This document shows, piece by piece, positions 48,449 to 59,309 of a DNA stretch of 64,000 bases (position 1 is the stretch's first letter; every line of letters begins with the position of its first letter). Both the position numbers and the translations under genes were made by a program. The stretch is from Candidatus Bathyarchaeota archaeon (lineage in GTDB: Archaea > Thermoproteota > Bathyarchaeia > Bathyarchaeales > Bathycorpusculaceae): NCBI GenBank assembly GCA_003164295.1, contig PLTA01000012.1, positions 6,331-70,330 on the forward strand. Reading direction: 5' to 3'. A model generated the notes under the pieces. That model was given only the letters and a program-made list of their open reading frames with translations. It had not been told where the DNA came from and made no database searches.

Positions 48449-50039
48449 ATTCTTCCCTGATTTTCATCTGCCGCCTCTTCAAGTTATAACTCAGTGAAAA
48501 CTCGTGGGCTGCATCTCGAATTTTTCTAAGTAGCAGCATCATTCTGCTGTTTTTGTCAAAGCTTTTTGGTGAAGATTCCTCTGGAAAATAAATTTCTTCA
48601 CGCTCTTTAGCCAAGCCGATAAGCGGAATCTGCAACCCAAGAGCATTCAAAGCCGCTTTTGCAGCGCTCACCTGACCTGGCCCACCGTCGATCATAACTA
48701 AATCAGGCAAGGGGCTTTTCTCTTCTACCAAACGCTTGTAGCGCCTAGAGACAACTTCATTCATCGAGGCGAAATCGTCTTGTCCTATGAAGGTTTTGAT
48801 TTTGAATTTCCGGTAGTTTTTCTTATCAGGCTTCGCATCCCTAAAAGTTACCATGCCTGAAACCACATGTTCCTGCCCTAAGTTGGAAATGTCAAAGCAC
48901 TCTATTACTCGAGGTATTACTGGAAGGTTAAGCGCTGCTTGCAAATCCAGAAGGGCACTATCAACTTCCAAAGTGGATTCCAAGTTTTTCTCTGCCAACT
49001 GCATTAGCGCCAATTTATTCGCTCGCCTAGGAATTGTTAATGAAACAGGCGCATTCCGCTTTGACGATAGGAACTGTTCAAGAGCTTTTTTCTCCTCTGC
49101 GGTTTCCCAGCAAGGTTTGTTTAGCAGAATTTCTCGGGGTATTTGGTTGGTAGCATAGAAAGCCTTCAGAAATTCTTGTTCAATCTGAGGTTGAAGATCA
49201 ACATTGAATTGATTTTTGCCACGCAAAACGCCTTTTCTAACACCCATCTGAACTGCCATCATCTTTTCTCCAACCCGCTTAAACACCATCAAATCTTGGT
49301 CAAAACGTCGTTCATGGTCAACAATTTGATGTTGAGTTAGAAGTCTAATCGAGGCTATTTGGTTGCGGAGATCAAGAGCGTTTTCGTATTGTTTTTGTTC
49401 GGAAGCTTTTTGCATTTTAGTAGTGAGATATTCAATTGTTTGTTGATAGTTTCCGTTAAGAAAAGAGCGAGCATGCTCAACTTGGTCAGCATATTGTTCA
49501 GATGTAACTTTTTCGATGCAGGGTGCAGTGCAAATGTGAATGTGAAAGTTTAAGCAAGCGCGGTGATGCATAGTTTTGCAGGTGCGCAGTTTAAACACTC
49601 TTACGACTAATCGTTGGAGGTCTTGCCGTATAAAGCCTTCAGTGTAGGGTCCAAACGATTCGAGTTTTCGGGAAACCTTACGGCTGGTCAATACCCTTGG
49701 GTAAGGTTCTCTTGTAAGGGAAATGTAAGCAAAGGTCTTAGCATCTTTAAGATCAATATTATATTTGGGAGTATGATGCTTAACTAGTTTATTTTCTAAA
49801 AGCAAAGCCTCTACTTCATTGTTGACGATGATCCAGTCAATGCTTTTAATATGCAGGACAAGCTGCCTTGTTTTTGCAGGTTGATCAACATTTAAAAAGT
49901 AGCTTTTAACGCGGGAACGTAGATTCTTGGCTTTCCCCACATAAAGGAGTTCGCCTGCTTCATCTCTGTAAAGGTAGACGCCAGGATCAGTTGGAATTTC
50001 GCTGCTTTTGAATTCTGACGGGTCAGCTAATTGAATCAT
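48435..50039 (-). CDS. uvrC: Excinuclease ABC subunit C (no C-terminal HhH seen)
   Basis: GIY-YIG PGVYLY..YVGKAKNLR, Cys cluster, ECFDISN, DDFASM, IDGGPGQ, IRDAAH. Confidence 0.93.
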   Translation of the reverse strand: MIQLADPSEFKSSEIPTDPGVYLYRDEAGELLYVGKAKNLRSRVKSYFLNVDQPAKTRQLVLHIKSIDWIIVNNEVEALLLENKLVKHHTPKYNIDLKDAKTFAYISLTREPYPRVLTSRKVSRKLESFGPYTEGFIRQDLQRLVVRVFKLRTCKTMHHRACLNFHIHICTAPCIEKVTSEQYADQVEHARSFLNGNYQQTIEYLTTKMQKASEQKQYENALDLRNQIASIRLLTQHQIVDHERRFDQDLMVFKRVGEKMMAVQMGVRKGVLRGKNQFNVDLQPQIEQEFLKAFYATNQIPREILLNKPCWETAEEKKALEQFLSSKRNAPVSLTIPRRANKLALMQLAEKNLESTLEVDSALLDLQAALNLPVIPRVIECFDISNLGQEHVVSGMVTFRDAKPDKKNYRKFKIKTFIGQDDFASMNEVVSRRYKRLVEEKSPLPDLVMIDGGPGQVSAAKAALNALGLQIPLIGLAKEREEIYFPEESSPKSFDKNSRMMLLLRKIRDAAHEFSLSYNLKRRQMKIREEFKKP

Positions 50040-52936
50040 GCAGTCTGCTTCACTGCCACCATATTTTCTTCTTGCGGGTGGTTGAGCATTTTCTTCAAAA
50101 ACAATCCAGTGTAAGAACCAGCTTTTTTCGCAACTTCTTCTGGCGTGCCTTGAGCTAGTAATTCGCCTCCAGCCGCTCCGCCTTCAGGACCCAAATCAAC
50201 AAGGTAATCGCAGCTTTTAATGACATCCAAGTTGTGTTCTATAATGTAAACGGTGTTGCCGTTGTCAACCAGCCGATTCAACACTTTAATCAACCGTTTT
50301 GTATCATCAAAATGTAGCCCTGTAGTGGGTTCATCAAGCATGTAAACCACGTGACCTCGTTTGTTTTTGCTGAGTTCACGGGTGATTTTTATGCGCTGGC
50401 TTTCTCCACCTGAAAGGGTAGTGGAGCTTTGCCCAAGTTTAATGTAGCCTAATCCAACGTCTAGTAACGTACCGAGTTTGCGTGAAATGCTTGGAGTGTT
50501 CTCAAAGAATTTTGCCGCTTCTTCAACTGTCATATCTAGCACTTCAGCGATGTTTTTGCCTTTGAAGAAGATACTGAGGGTTTCTTTGTTGTATCGTTTG
50601 CCTTTGCATTCGCTGCATTGTACATACACGTCTGGAAGGAAGTTCATTTCTATTCGCAGTACTCCGTCTCCTTGGCAAGTTTCGCATCTACCGCCTTTCA
50701 CGTTGAAACTGAATCGTCCTTCTTTGTAGCCGCGTGCTTTTGCTTCTTTAGTTGAAGCAAAAATACGCCTAATCTCATCGAAAAGCTTTGTGTATGTCGC
50801 GGGGTTACTTCTTGGAGTACGCCCAATTGGATCTTGATCGATAACGATTACGTTTCGGACGAGTGCTGGAACTTCAATTGATTCATATTTCCCGATTTTA
50901 TCAGCTTCTTCACCGAACTTTTGTCTTAGCGCAGGAATAACTGTCAAATTCATCAAGGTGCTTTTGCCTGAGCCGGAAACACCTGTAACTCCGCATAAAA
51001 CGCCCAGTGGTAGTTGCAAATTAAGGTTTTTCAGATTATTTTCCGATGCTCCTCTAACCGTGATGTAACCAACAGGTTGGCGCCTTTCATCGGGAATTTC
51101 AATTTTTAATTCACCTGAGAGGTATTTACCTGTGAGACTTCGTTTATTTTGCATTATTTCTTCGGGTGGTCCTTCAGCGACTATATGTCCGCCGTGGACT
51201 CCTGCACCTGGTCCCATGTCAACAATGTAATCGGCGTTACGTATGGTTTCTTCATCATGCTCTACAACGATAAGTGTATTGCCTAAATCACGTAACCGAT
51301 GAAGCGTGCTAATCAATTTGGTGTTGTCTCTTTGATGCAAACCTATGCTGGGTTCATCAAGGATATAGAGTACCCCCATCAAATTGCTGCCAATTTGTGT
51401 AGCTAAACGAATTCTTTGTGCTTCACCACCGGAAAGTGTTTTTGCTGCACGAGAAAGCGACAGATAACCTAAACCAACATTCTTCAGAAAACCAAGTCGC
51501 TCATTAACTTCTTTGAGTACCTGTTTTGCAATTGCTAACTCTTTATCGTTAAGTTGCGCCGGCAAACTAAGAAAGAAATTGACGGCTTCCTCAATTGAAA
51601 GATCAGTTGCATCAATGATACTTTTATCTAAAATCTTCACAGCCAGAACTACTGGTTGCAATTTTTTGCCTTTACATGCGCCGCATGGTCTAGAAGTCAT
51701 ATAGTTTTCTATATCTTCTTTTCGCCATTGACTTTCTGTTTGTCGGTACAACCGCATCGTTTGTGGGATTACGCCTTCCCAGCCGTCTCGCATCCACATC
51801 GTTGCCCCGTTTGACCACTGACCATTCACTGGTTCCCTGTCGCCATAGAGAAGCACGTGACGTTGCTGTTCGGTAAAGTCTTTAATTGGAGTAAAAATGT
51901 CAAAGCCATGTTTTTTGCCCACCATAGCAAGCTGCTGTGCCCGCCAGCTAAGATCCATACTTCCGTAAACAGCTAAGGCACCATCCATAATGGAAAGGTT
52001 TTTGTCTGGGATAATTTTGTCTTCGGAGATTTCTGTTATTTCACCTAAACCATGGCATGTTTGACAAGCACCAAAGGGCGAGTTAAATGAAAACATTCGG
52101 GGTTCGAGGCTTTCAAACACTATTTCTGGATGGTTTGGGCATGCTCCAAAAGTGCTAAACATCGTTTCATCGGCGAAACGTTCAAGCTCCTTTTTCTTTT
52201 CAGCTTCAGCTTTTTTGGCGTCAATAACTATCAATGTTCCTTTGCCAACTTTAAGCGCCAGCTCCACAGCCTCAGAAATACGGGATCGCTCATCATCAAC
52301 AATGCTAACAGTGTCGATTACCGCTTCAATCCAATGTTTCTCATAACGCACAAGTTTAACTTCTTCTTTAATTGAGTCTGAATCGTAAATCTTTTGGTCT
52401 ACCCGAATTTTGGTGTAACCCTGTTTTTTGAGGTCATCAAAAACTTGCTCATGGGTACCTTTTATTCCACGAATTATTGGAGCTAGAAAAGTAAGTGTTT
52501 CCCCTTTTTCAGACATTATAAGACTGGTAATGTTTTCGGGGCTTTGTGGATGAATTGAGCTACCACATATTGGGCAATGATGTGTGCCAATTCGCGCAAA
52601 AAGTAGTCTTAGATAATCGTATATTTCAGTTACAGTGCCAACGGTTGAGCGGGGGTTTTTGCTTGTGCTTTTTTGTTCAATACTGATTGCTGGAGATAAT
52701 CCATCAATAGAATCCACGTCGGGCTTATCCATTAAACCGAGAAATTGCCTTGCGTAAGCTGAGAGGCTTTCAACGTAACGTCTTTGCCCTTCAGCATAAA
52801 TAGTGTCAAAAGCAAGAGTTGATTTTCCTGAGCCTGATAAACCAGTGATTACTATAAACTTGTTTCTGGGCAACTCAACGTCAATATTTTTAAGGTTATG
52901 TTCCCTTGCCCCTTTAATTGAAATATTATCCCTCAT
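50036..52936 (-). CDS. uvrA: Excinuclease ABC subunit A
   Basis: Two ABC domains GLSGSGKS / [13 protein letters not shown] x2, zinc fingers. Confidence 0.96.
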   Translation of the reverse strand: MRDNISIKGAREHNLKNIDVELPRNKFIVITGLSGSGKSTLAFDTIYAEGQRRYVESLSAYARQFLGLMDKPDVDSIDGLSPAISIEQKSTSKNPRSTVGTVTEIYDYLRLLFARIGTHHCPICGSSIHPQSPENITSLIMSEKGETLTFLAPIIRGIKGTHEQVFDDLKKQGYTKIRVDQKIYDSDSIKEEVKLVRYEKHWIEAVIDTVSIVDDERSRISEAVELALKVGKGTLIVIDAKKAEAEKKKELERFADETMFSTFGACPNHPEIVFESLEPRMFSFNSPFGACQTCHGLGEITEISEDKIIPDKNLSIMDGALAVYGSMDLSWRAQQLAMVGKKHGFDIFTPIKDFTEQQRHVLLYGDREPVNGQWSNGATMWMRDGWEGVIPQTMRLYRQTESQWRKEDIENYMTSRPCGACKGKKLQPVVLAVKILDKSIIDATDLSIEEAVNFFLSLPAQLNDKELAIAKQVLKEVNERLGFLKNVGLGYLSLSRAAKTLSGGEAQRIRLATQIGSNLMGVLYILDEPSIGLHQRDNTKLISTLHRLRDLGNTLIVVEHDEETIRNADYIVDMGPGAGVHGGHIVAEGPPEEIMQNKRSLTGKYLSGELKIEIPDERRQPVGYITVRGASENNLKNLNLQLPLGVLCGVTGVSGSGKSTLMNLTVIPALRQKFGEEADKIGKYESIEVPALVRNVIVIDQDPIGRTPRSNPATYTKLFDEIRRIFASTKEAKARGYKEGRFSFNVKGGRCETCQGDGVLRIEMNFLPDVYVQCSECKGKRYNKETLSIFFKGKNIAEVLDMTVEEAAKFFENTPSISRKLGTLLDVGLGYIKLGQSSTTLSGGESQRIKITRELSKNKRGHVVYMLDEPTTGLHFDDTKRLIKVLNRLVDNGNTVYIIEHNLDVIKSCDYLVDLGPEGGAAGGELLAQGTPEEVAKKAGSYTGLFLKKMLNHPQEENMVAVKQTA

Positions 52937-52994
52937 AATCTAAACCGTTTCCTTCTCCGCTTCCATAAATTATCCTTTCTAAGTTTGAAGCTTT

Positions 52995-54974
52995 TCAACC
53001 TTTTTGCTTCAAAACCCTCAATTTCTGGGTATAATCATCATTTTCTATCTTGTTAGCTAAAGCCCGATTCAAATCGGCAATAGCGTCACGAAGCTCAATA
53101 GCCCGCTCAAAGTTCAATCGCTCAGCAGCTTCCCTCATCTGCGCATCCAACTCAATCAACTGACGTTTAATGTCTGTTTTTGCTAGGTGTTTTATGCCTT
53201 TGATTGTGCCTTCTTTCAAAGAGACACTCTTTACTATTGTGGTTGGTGTGATGTGATGAACTTCATTGAACCGTTTTTGGAATTCGCGTCTGTGTTGGGT
53301 GATTTTCATCGCTCGCTTAATTGACGAGGTTTCCACGTCAGCGTAGAGGATTACTTTGCCGTTAACATTTCTTGCAGCTCGCCCAATGGTTTGGATGAGG
53401 CTTCGCTCGTCCCGTAGAAAACCTTCTTTGTCAGCGTCCAAAATGAAAATTGTTGCAACCTCAGGAATGTCTAAGCCTTCACGCAACAAGTTAATGCCCA
53501 CTAAAATGTCAAATTCGCCAACACGTAGCTGCCTCACAAGTTCTATGCGATCTAAACTTTCAATTTCCGAATGCATGTATCTAACTCGGAATCCTTCTTT
53601 GACTAGGTAATCTGTCAAATCTTCAGCCATACGTTTAGTTAAAGTTGTTATTAGGACGCGGTCACCATGCTCAATGGTTTTTTTTGCTTCAGCCATTAAA
53701 TGTTGCATCTGTCCGGTTATCGAATGAACCTCAACTTCTGGATCCAAAAGACCAGTGGGGCGACTAATTAATTCAACAGGTGGACCACTCTTTTCCAATT
53801 CGTAATCGGCTGGAGTTGCAGAAACAAAGAGAACATTACCCATTTTCTTTTCAAATTCTTCAAACTTCAAAGGTCGATTGTCAAGTGCACTGGGAAGTCT
53901 AAAGCCGAAGTCAACAAGGTTCTTTTTTCTTGAGTAGTCACCATTGTACATGGCTCTTGCTTGAGGAATCGTTTGGTGGCTCTCATCGATAATTAAAAGA
54001 AAATCTTTAGGAAAGTAATCTATGAGAGTGAATGGGGGCTCGCCGGGTCTGCGACCGTCAAAGTGTCGGCTGTAATTTTCCATTCCAGAACAGAATCCGA
54101 CTTCCCTTATCATTTCTAAATCATATTTTGTTCGTTGTTTGAGCCGTTGAGCTTCAAGCGGCGGAAGATCAGGCAGTCTAGCGTCTAACTCCTGCGTAAT
54201 ATGTTCAAGTGCGAGTGCATGTTTTTCTTCGGGCACAACATACTGGCGCGCAGGATAGAGAGTAACCTTATCAAGCGACGCTTTAACATCACCTGATAAC
54301 ACGTGAACTTCCTTAATTTTGTTTATTTGGTTTTCAGCAAGTTCAATGCGCATAATATCATTCTCGTAGGAAGGTACAACATCCAACACGTCGCCTCGCA
54401 CACGGAACCTGCCAGGTTCAAGCACCATATCGTTACGTTCATACTGCATGTCTACCAATGCATGAATAAGTTCCTGTCTGGTGGCTTGCTTTCCAACCGC
54501 TAACTCAAGTGCCATAGCTCTGAAATCATTTGGGTTCCCAAGACTGTAAATGCAGCTTATACTTGCAACTATTATGGTATCATTTCGACTTACAACGCTG
54601 GAGACGGCGTGCAGACGCATTTTTTCTATCTGCTCATTAACAGAAGAATCTTTTTCAATATACATATCCTGAGCGGGCAAATACGATTCTGGCTGATAAT
54701 AATCATAAAAAGAAATGAAGTATTCCACGCGATTGTGGGGAAAAAGCTCTTTTAATTCGCCATAAAGTTGAGCTGCCAAAATCTTGTTATGTGCAAGAAT
54801 AAGCGTTGGCTTTTGAAGCTTATTGATAACGTTTGCCATAACAAAGGTTTTTCCGCTTCCAGTAATTCCAAGAAGCGTTTGCTTTTGTTTAGTGGAAAAG
54901 TTTTTCACTAGTTTTTCAACTGCGGTTTGCTGTCCTGGAGAGATTTGGTATGGAGCGATAAGTTCAAACTGCAT
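52995..54974 (-). CDS. uvrB: Excinuclease ABC subunit B
   Basis: GITGSGKT, YDYYQPE beta-hairpin, DESH, QTIGRAARN, C-terminal UVR domain. Confidence 0.96.
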   Translation of the reverse strand: MQFELIAPYQISPGQQTAVEKLVKNFSTKQKQTLLGITGSGKTFVMANVINKLQKPTLILAHNKILAAQLYGELKELFPHNRVEYFISFYDYYQPESYLPAQDMYIEKDSSVNEQIEKMRLHAVSSVVSRNDTIIVASISCIYSLGNPNDFRAMALELAVGKQATRQELIHALVDMQYERNDMVLEPGRFRVRGDVLDVVPSYENDIMRIELAENQINKIKEVHVLSGDVKASLDKVTLYPARQYVVPEEKHALALEHITQELDARLPDLPPLEAQRLKQRTKYDLEMIREVGFCSGMENYSRHFDGRRPGEPPFTLIDYFPKDFLLIIDESHQTIPQARAMYNGDYSRKKNLVDFGFRLPSALDNRPLKFEEFEKKMGNVLFVSATPADYELEKSGPPVELISRPTGLLDPEVEVHSITGQMQHLMAEAKKTIEHGDRVLITTLTKRMAEDLTDYLVKEGFRVRYMHSEIESLDRIELVRQLRVGEFDILVGINLLREGLDIPEVATIFILDADKEGFLRDERSLIQTIGRAARNVNGKVILYADVETSSIKRAMKITQHRREFQKRFNEVHHITPTTIVKSVSLKEGTIKGIKHLAKTDIKRQLIELDAQMREAAERLNFERAIELRDAIADLNRALANKIENDDYTQKLRVLKQKG

Positions 54975-55050
54975 GGTGCTTCTTCACAAACTACAAGAAA
55001 TGAGTTTTAACTCGCTGGATTAATAGGTTTATTCTAAAAAGTTGAGAAAT

Positions 55051-55689
55051 TCAGGCTTTATTCTTGTTTTGAGACATTAACTTGTTATTACGCACTCTTG
55101 CTTTTATTCGATAAAATTGCCATCTTTTTAAAACAAATGCTGCGATTGCACCTGCAAAGAGCGCATCATAAATTATCTGGATGTAGATGGTTTGGAAATC
55201 TGTACCTCTCAGATTAGCATGAACTATGCCGATAAATAACGCCAAATAAATGAGCATGTGAAATGGACGCCAATAATCTACAATTTTTTTACGTAAAAGC
55301 ACTACGCCAAAAGCCACGTAAATTAGTATTAATGCGATGATGCCGCCGAAGAAAAAGAAAAGATAAAGCGATTCAAAATTTGGCAAGAATACAGTTGGAT
55401 CTGAAGTTTGAATGAAGACGGCTATTGGGAGCAACGTTATTAGAAGTAGCCCTGCCGCTGCAAAGTAGTGGTGTATTTTGACGAAGGACTTTTTGAAAAA
55501 AAGGGTTATTTCTTTTATAAAAGGAGTCATGATGGCAGCAATGCTCAAGGCGATATAGCCATTAAGTGCTAACAGACGTATAGTTAAGGACAAGGGGTCA
55601 CTATGACCTTGACTGTAGGCAAAAAGAGAAACGGCTAACCCAAAAATAATAATTAAGCCAAAAAAACCTAGTTCTCTCTTCAAAATCAT
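55051..55689 (-). CDS. Ferric reductase-like transmembrane protein
   Basis: ~6 TM with His residues (KIHH, WRPFH, IVHA). Confidence 0.65.
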   Translation of the reverse strand: MILKRELGFFGLIIIFGLAVSLFAYSQGHSDPLSLTIRLLALNGYIALSIAAIMTPFIKEITLFFKKSFVKIHHYFAAAGLLLITLLPIAVFIQTSDPTVFLPNFESLYLFFFFGGIIALILIYVAFGVVLLRKKIVDYWRPFHMLIYLALFIGIVHANLRGTDFQTIYIQIIYDALFAGAIAAFVLKRWQFYRIKARVRNNKLMSQNKNKA

Positions 55690-56036
55690 AAGTTAAACAA
55701 ATCGTGTCTAAAATAAAACATTTCTGTTTTCAAAAAAAGAATTTTTGTTAGCGTATTTCGGTTTTTTCATATTACGCTTGAGATGATTTGATAGTTTACT
55801 ATAACGAGGTTGAAACCTTTTTTTGAAACAGTTATTGTAGAGTTTTGATGGGTTATTGCAATAGCACTGTTAAAACATGACGCGTGTCATAAAAATCCTA
55901 AAGGCATTCTGCAGAAAAATTCACGATATTTTGGTAGGGCCGAAATCAAAAACAGCTAAAGAAATTAAAAGAACATAATTAGGCTCAACCCAAATGCCTT
56001 TTTGCCTGCATTTTCATATTCGTAAGAAAAAGGGGT

Positions 56037-56345
56037 TTATCCAATGGCTAATTTGCCAAATTTTCCAACGTTAAGCTGAAGTTCGCCCTTAAAGCTTGTT
56101 ATGTAACCGTTGTCAATTTTGACGTTATCGCCAACATTGACTTGGTCAATTTGCTCATTCCACAGCGTTAGCTTTATACTTCCAGTCTCGTCTGCAACAA
56201 CAGCATCAACGATACGATAAGTTTCTTCTTTAAAACGGGATTTGACTTCTCGAGGGTCGCCTTTTTCGACAACTTTCGCTTCGACGCTAACCCGCTTCAT
56301 TCCATCATGCAAATCTTTAATTGGTGTAACACTCACATTTATCAC
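56037..56345 (-). CDS. ssb: Single OB-fold ssDNA-binding protein
   Basis: IKDL, VADETGSIKLTLWNEQ, NGY, LNVGKFG. Confidence 0.85.
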   Translation of the reverse strand: MINVSVTPIKDLHDGMKRVSVEAKVVEKGDPREVKSRFKEETYRIVDAVVADETGSIKLTLWNEQIDQVNVGDNVKIDNGYITSFKGELQLNVGKFGKLAIG

Positions 56346-56464
56346 CTAAATTGAATTCCCAAAGGGTTTTTCACTTGCAAAAGTGCCCTTCAATCATATA
56401 AATCTTGCTAACTCATTTTAAAAGAAGAAAAAAATAAAATTTTTGGAAAAGATTGTTAGTTGGT

Positions 56465-57772
56465 TTAGACGACGCCAACCAGCAGAAGCAACACCAATAG
56501 TGTGACTGCTATGCTGACAGCGGAAATAACGATTCGTTTAATTAACGAAAACTCTGGCTGAAGCGTGCCAACAATTACTGTACCAATCGCGCCTAACCAA
56601 ACGTAAGAAACAACGAATATCGATGAAGTTACAAATCTGAGAGCTGAAGTCAACCCATTGATGGTGCTATATGCCGCTTGAGATTGCGCTGTTAAGACGC
56701 CTACTGCTTCTGGAGGATAGAATACTGTCCCGTAAGAGTCGAAGCGTACGCCAAGAGATATATCGTATGGATAATAAACAACTGGTGAAGCAGCTGCAGC
56801 AGCCAAGTTTACTGCTGCTCGAATAACCATGATGAAGAGAGCAAACGCCAAAGCTACAAAAAGAGGTTTCCAAGTTGTGTTGGCTTTTAGTCCTTTGAAG
56901 AATATGTAGAATAGCCCAGTCAGAAGGAACCAGCTAAAAATGAATTGCAAAGAGAATACTTGCAAAAACTGTAGCAAAAGACCGGTGCTATTGTATTGAA
57001 CTGGTGATTGATATTCGCCGTGGAAGAATAAGGCGCCTATACGAATAGCTGCGTTTGTGTTAGAAGGATAAGTAAAATCTAACTTTAATGCTGTAATATT
57101 TCCCCAAGAAGGTGACCCACCACCAACTGTCCAGCCTTGAGCAGATGGACCAATTGAAAGGGTTATGTTGTTCCATTGGTTAATAACTGAAGTGTTTGAT
57201 AAAAGAGAAGTTAAATCGTAAGTGTAATAGTTTGAGTCATTGACAGAGTAGAAAGTTAAAGTTGAAGTTAGAGGCGCTACTTGCACCGTTTTTACTGTCA
57301 TTGAAAAGTTTTCAAAACCGTTAGATAGGCAGCTAACGTTGAAAGCGTCGCCTAAAGCAGCGGAAACTGGGCTAATGTTGTTGGCGTCAATTTCCATGCT
57401 GCTATTTCCAAATATGCTATAATACCCCGTCTGATCTGAGGGAGTTGTTCCAAGAGCTGCAACGTAAACGCTATAGTTGAAGGGATCTGAGAAATTATTA
57501 GTTATATTTACTCCTGCTCCGCTGCGCCAGTTTCCAGATGTTGCATTGATGTAGTTTGATAATTGGTCAATTGATGGTGAAGTGTTTTCAGTGTAAGTGT
57601 GGGAAAACTGTGCATATTCATAACCCACTTGTAAACCTATGAAAAGAAGAAGAACAATCAAGGCACCCAAATACTTTGGATTTTCAATTATCTTTTTGAA
57701 AGCTTTTGCTGGAGCATAAACTACTTGTGCAATGTCCTCAAGAATCAAACTCTCGACTCCGTGGCTATCCAA
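56465..57772 (-). CDS. Yip1-like membrane protein with large extracellular insert
   Basis: VYAPAKAFKKI N-motif, TM, Asn/Ser-rich beta domain, multiple C-terminal TMs. Confidence 0.6.
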   Translation of the reverse strand: MDSHGVESLILEDIAQVVYAPAKAFKKIIENPKYLGALIVLLLFIGLQVGYEYAQFSHTYTENTSPSIDQLSNYINATSGNWRSGAGVNITNNFSDPFNYSVYVAALGTTPSDQTGYYSIFGNSSMEIDANNISPVSAALGDAFNVSCLSNGFENFSMTVKTVQVAPLTSTLTFYSVNDSNYYTYDLTSLLSNTSVINQWNNITLSIGPSAQGWTVGGGSPSWGNITALKLDFTYPSNTNAAIRIGALFFHGEYQSPVQYNSTGLLLQFLQVFSLQFIFSWFLLTGLFYIFFKGLKANTTWKPLFVALAFALFIMVIRAAVNLAAAAASPVVYYPYDISLGVRFDSYGTVFYPPEAVGVLTAQSQAAYSTINGLTSALRFVTSSIFVVSYVWLGAIGTVIVGTLQPEFSLIKRIVISAVSIAVTLLVLLLLVGVV

Positions 57773-57800
57773 AATTCACTGGGATTTATTAAAGCATTTG

Positions 57801-59309
57801 CTACATCCCAAGCTTAAGCCGACGATAGGTATTATAATCGACATACTCTGAGAATGGGTTTTCAGTTTGGAATTTAACAGTTATTTTCTGTCGTTTTCGT
57901 TTATCAAGGAGTTGGCTTGTTGTTCTAAGCAAATATGCGTCGCTTCCTGCGCCTGATCCGTAACTTGCAACTAAAATTCGCTGGTCTGGCTTTGCAATAT
58001 CTAATATTGCGGCTAAACCTGTAAGTGAGCAACCTGAATATGTATTGCCTATTTTGTTGATTTGAAGTGAGGGTAAATATTGTTCATCTTTAAAACCTAG
58101 TTCTTTTGCGATTCTGACTGGAAACGTTGGGTTAGGTTGGTGGGCTACAAAATAGTTTATGTCGTTTGGCTTGAGATTTGAACGTTCCATAAGTTTGCTT
58201 GTTGACTTGCGAACGTGTTTGAAGTAGGCTGGGTCACCTGTGAATCGTCCGCCATGCATGGGGAAAGCTTCACCGTCTCTTCGCCAAAAATCTGGCGTAT
58301 CAGAAGTGCATGAGTACCAACTTTCAACTTCAGCAATTACATCCTGTTTACCAAAAATGTACGCAGCACCGCCATATCCAACAAAAGTATCTAGTTCACC
58401 GCCGGGGCAGCCTCTGGGAGCAGCTTGAGAGTTATCGGCACCAATAACCATGGCGTATTTGATGCCTGACCTTGGATAATTAACCAAAGCTGAGGCGTCT
58501 TTAAACATGCTTGCAGCTGCTTTACAGGCAAACTCTGTGTCTACCGCATCAACGCCTTGAATGTCGCCCTCTTCTTCGCCAAGCTTTAGAACTTGAGCGA
58601 CCTTGGAGGAGATTGGCTTAACAGCATATGGGTTAGATTCAGAGCCAACATAAACTTTCCCAACTAAAGTGCTGTCAACACCTGAGTGAATCAACGCTAA
58701 TTTTCCAGCTTCTACAGCAGCTGTTACTGCATCTTCATCGATGAAGGGAACAGCACGTTCCATCCCAGCTTCTTTTATTCGAAACTTTGAGGTATAAACG
58801 CCATAGCCTACCACTCCAGGTATCTCATAATCTTTGGTTGGCGTAACTATATTGTAATCTTGATGTGGATAATATTCGTCGGCTAAAGTGAAAGCTAAAG
58901 AGATTGTAGGAATCACTTCACTTTTACCCACTGAATAACGCCTTCTAAAACGAGGAACCACTTCTCGACCTTCAAGACTTGAAAAATCAACATCAGCCCC
59001 GTCACATATCAGCTGGTCTGTTAATCTTGCCGGAACACGTATTTTGCCATTATGAAAAGAAACAATCCCATAAATGAAGCTACAGAGTTTCATGAATTTG
59101 TTTGTCGGCTCGTTAATGTAGGTGCATAATTCAAGTTTACCTTTATCATAAAATAGATCGATACTCGCCATTTTTCCGAAGCTTTTTCTGCCGCAGTTCG
59201 TACAGTAGTCTCTTACCTCAAAGTATTCTTTACCGCAACTTTGACAGCGACTAGCTTTTAACCTGTCGCCTAAATAAGAAACTCGTCGCTCTATAGGTTC
59301 ACTACTCAA
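57801..59309 (-). CDS. DUF35 (Zn-ribbon/OB)-HMG-CoA synthase fusion
   Basis: N-terminal CQSC...CTNC plus OB fold; then DEDAVT, GSESNPYAVKP, EFACKAA, HQPN, GNTYSG. Confidence 0.88.
   Translation of the reverse strand: MSSEPIERRVSYLGDRLKASRCQSCGKEYFEVRDYCTNCGRKSFGKMASIDLFYDKGKLELCTYINEPTNKFMKLCSFIYGIVSFHNGKIRVPARLTDQLICDGADVDFSSLEGREVVPRFRRRYSVGKSEVIPTISLAFTLADEYYPHQDYNIVTPTKDYEIPGVVGYGVYTSKFRIKEAGMERAVPFIDEDAVTAAVEAGKLALIHSGVDSTLVGKVYVGSESNPYAVKPISSKVAQVLKLGEEEGDIQGVDAVDTEFACKAAASMFKDASALVNYPRSGIKYAMVIGADNSQAAPRGCPGGELDTFVGYGGAAYIFGKQDVIAEVESWYSCTSDTPDFWRRDGEAFPMHGGRFTGDPAYFKHVRKSTSKLMERSNLKPNDINYFVAHQPNPTFPVRIAKELGFKDEQYLPSLQINKIGNTYSGCSLTGLAAILDIAKPDQRILVASYGSGAGSDAYLLRTTSQLLDKRKRQKITVKFQTENPFSEYVDYNTYRRLKLGM

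Noticed and set aside
55877-55891. Short palindrome ATGAC-N4-GTCAT
   Set aside because: Only 5-bp arms, single copy; expected by chance
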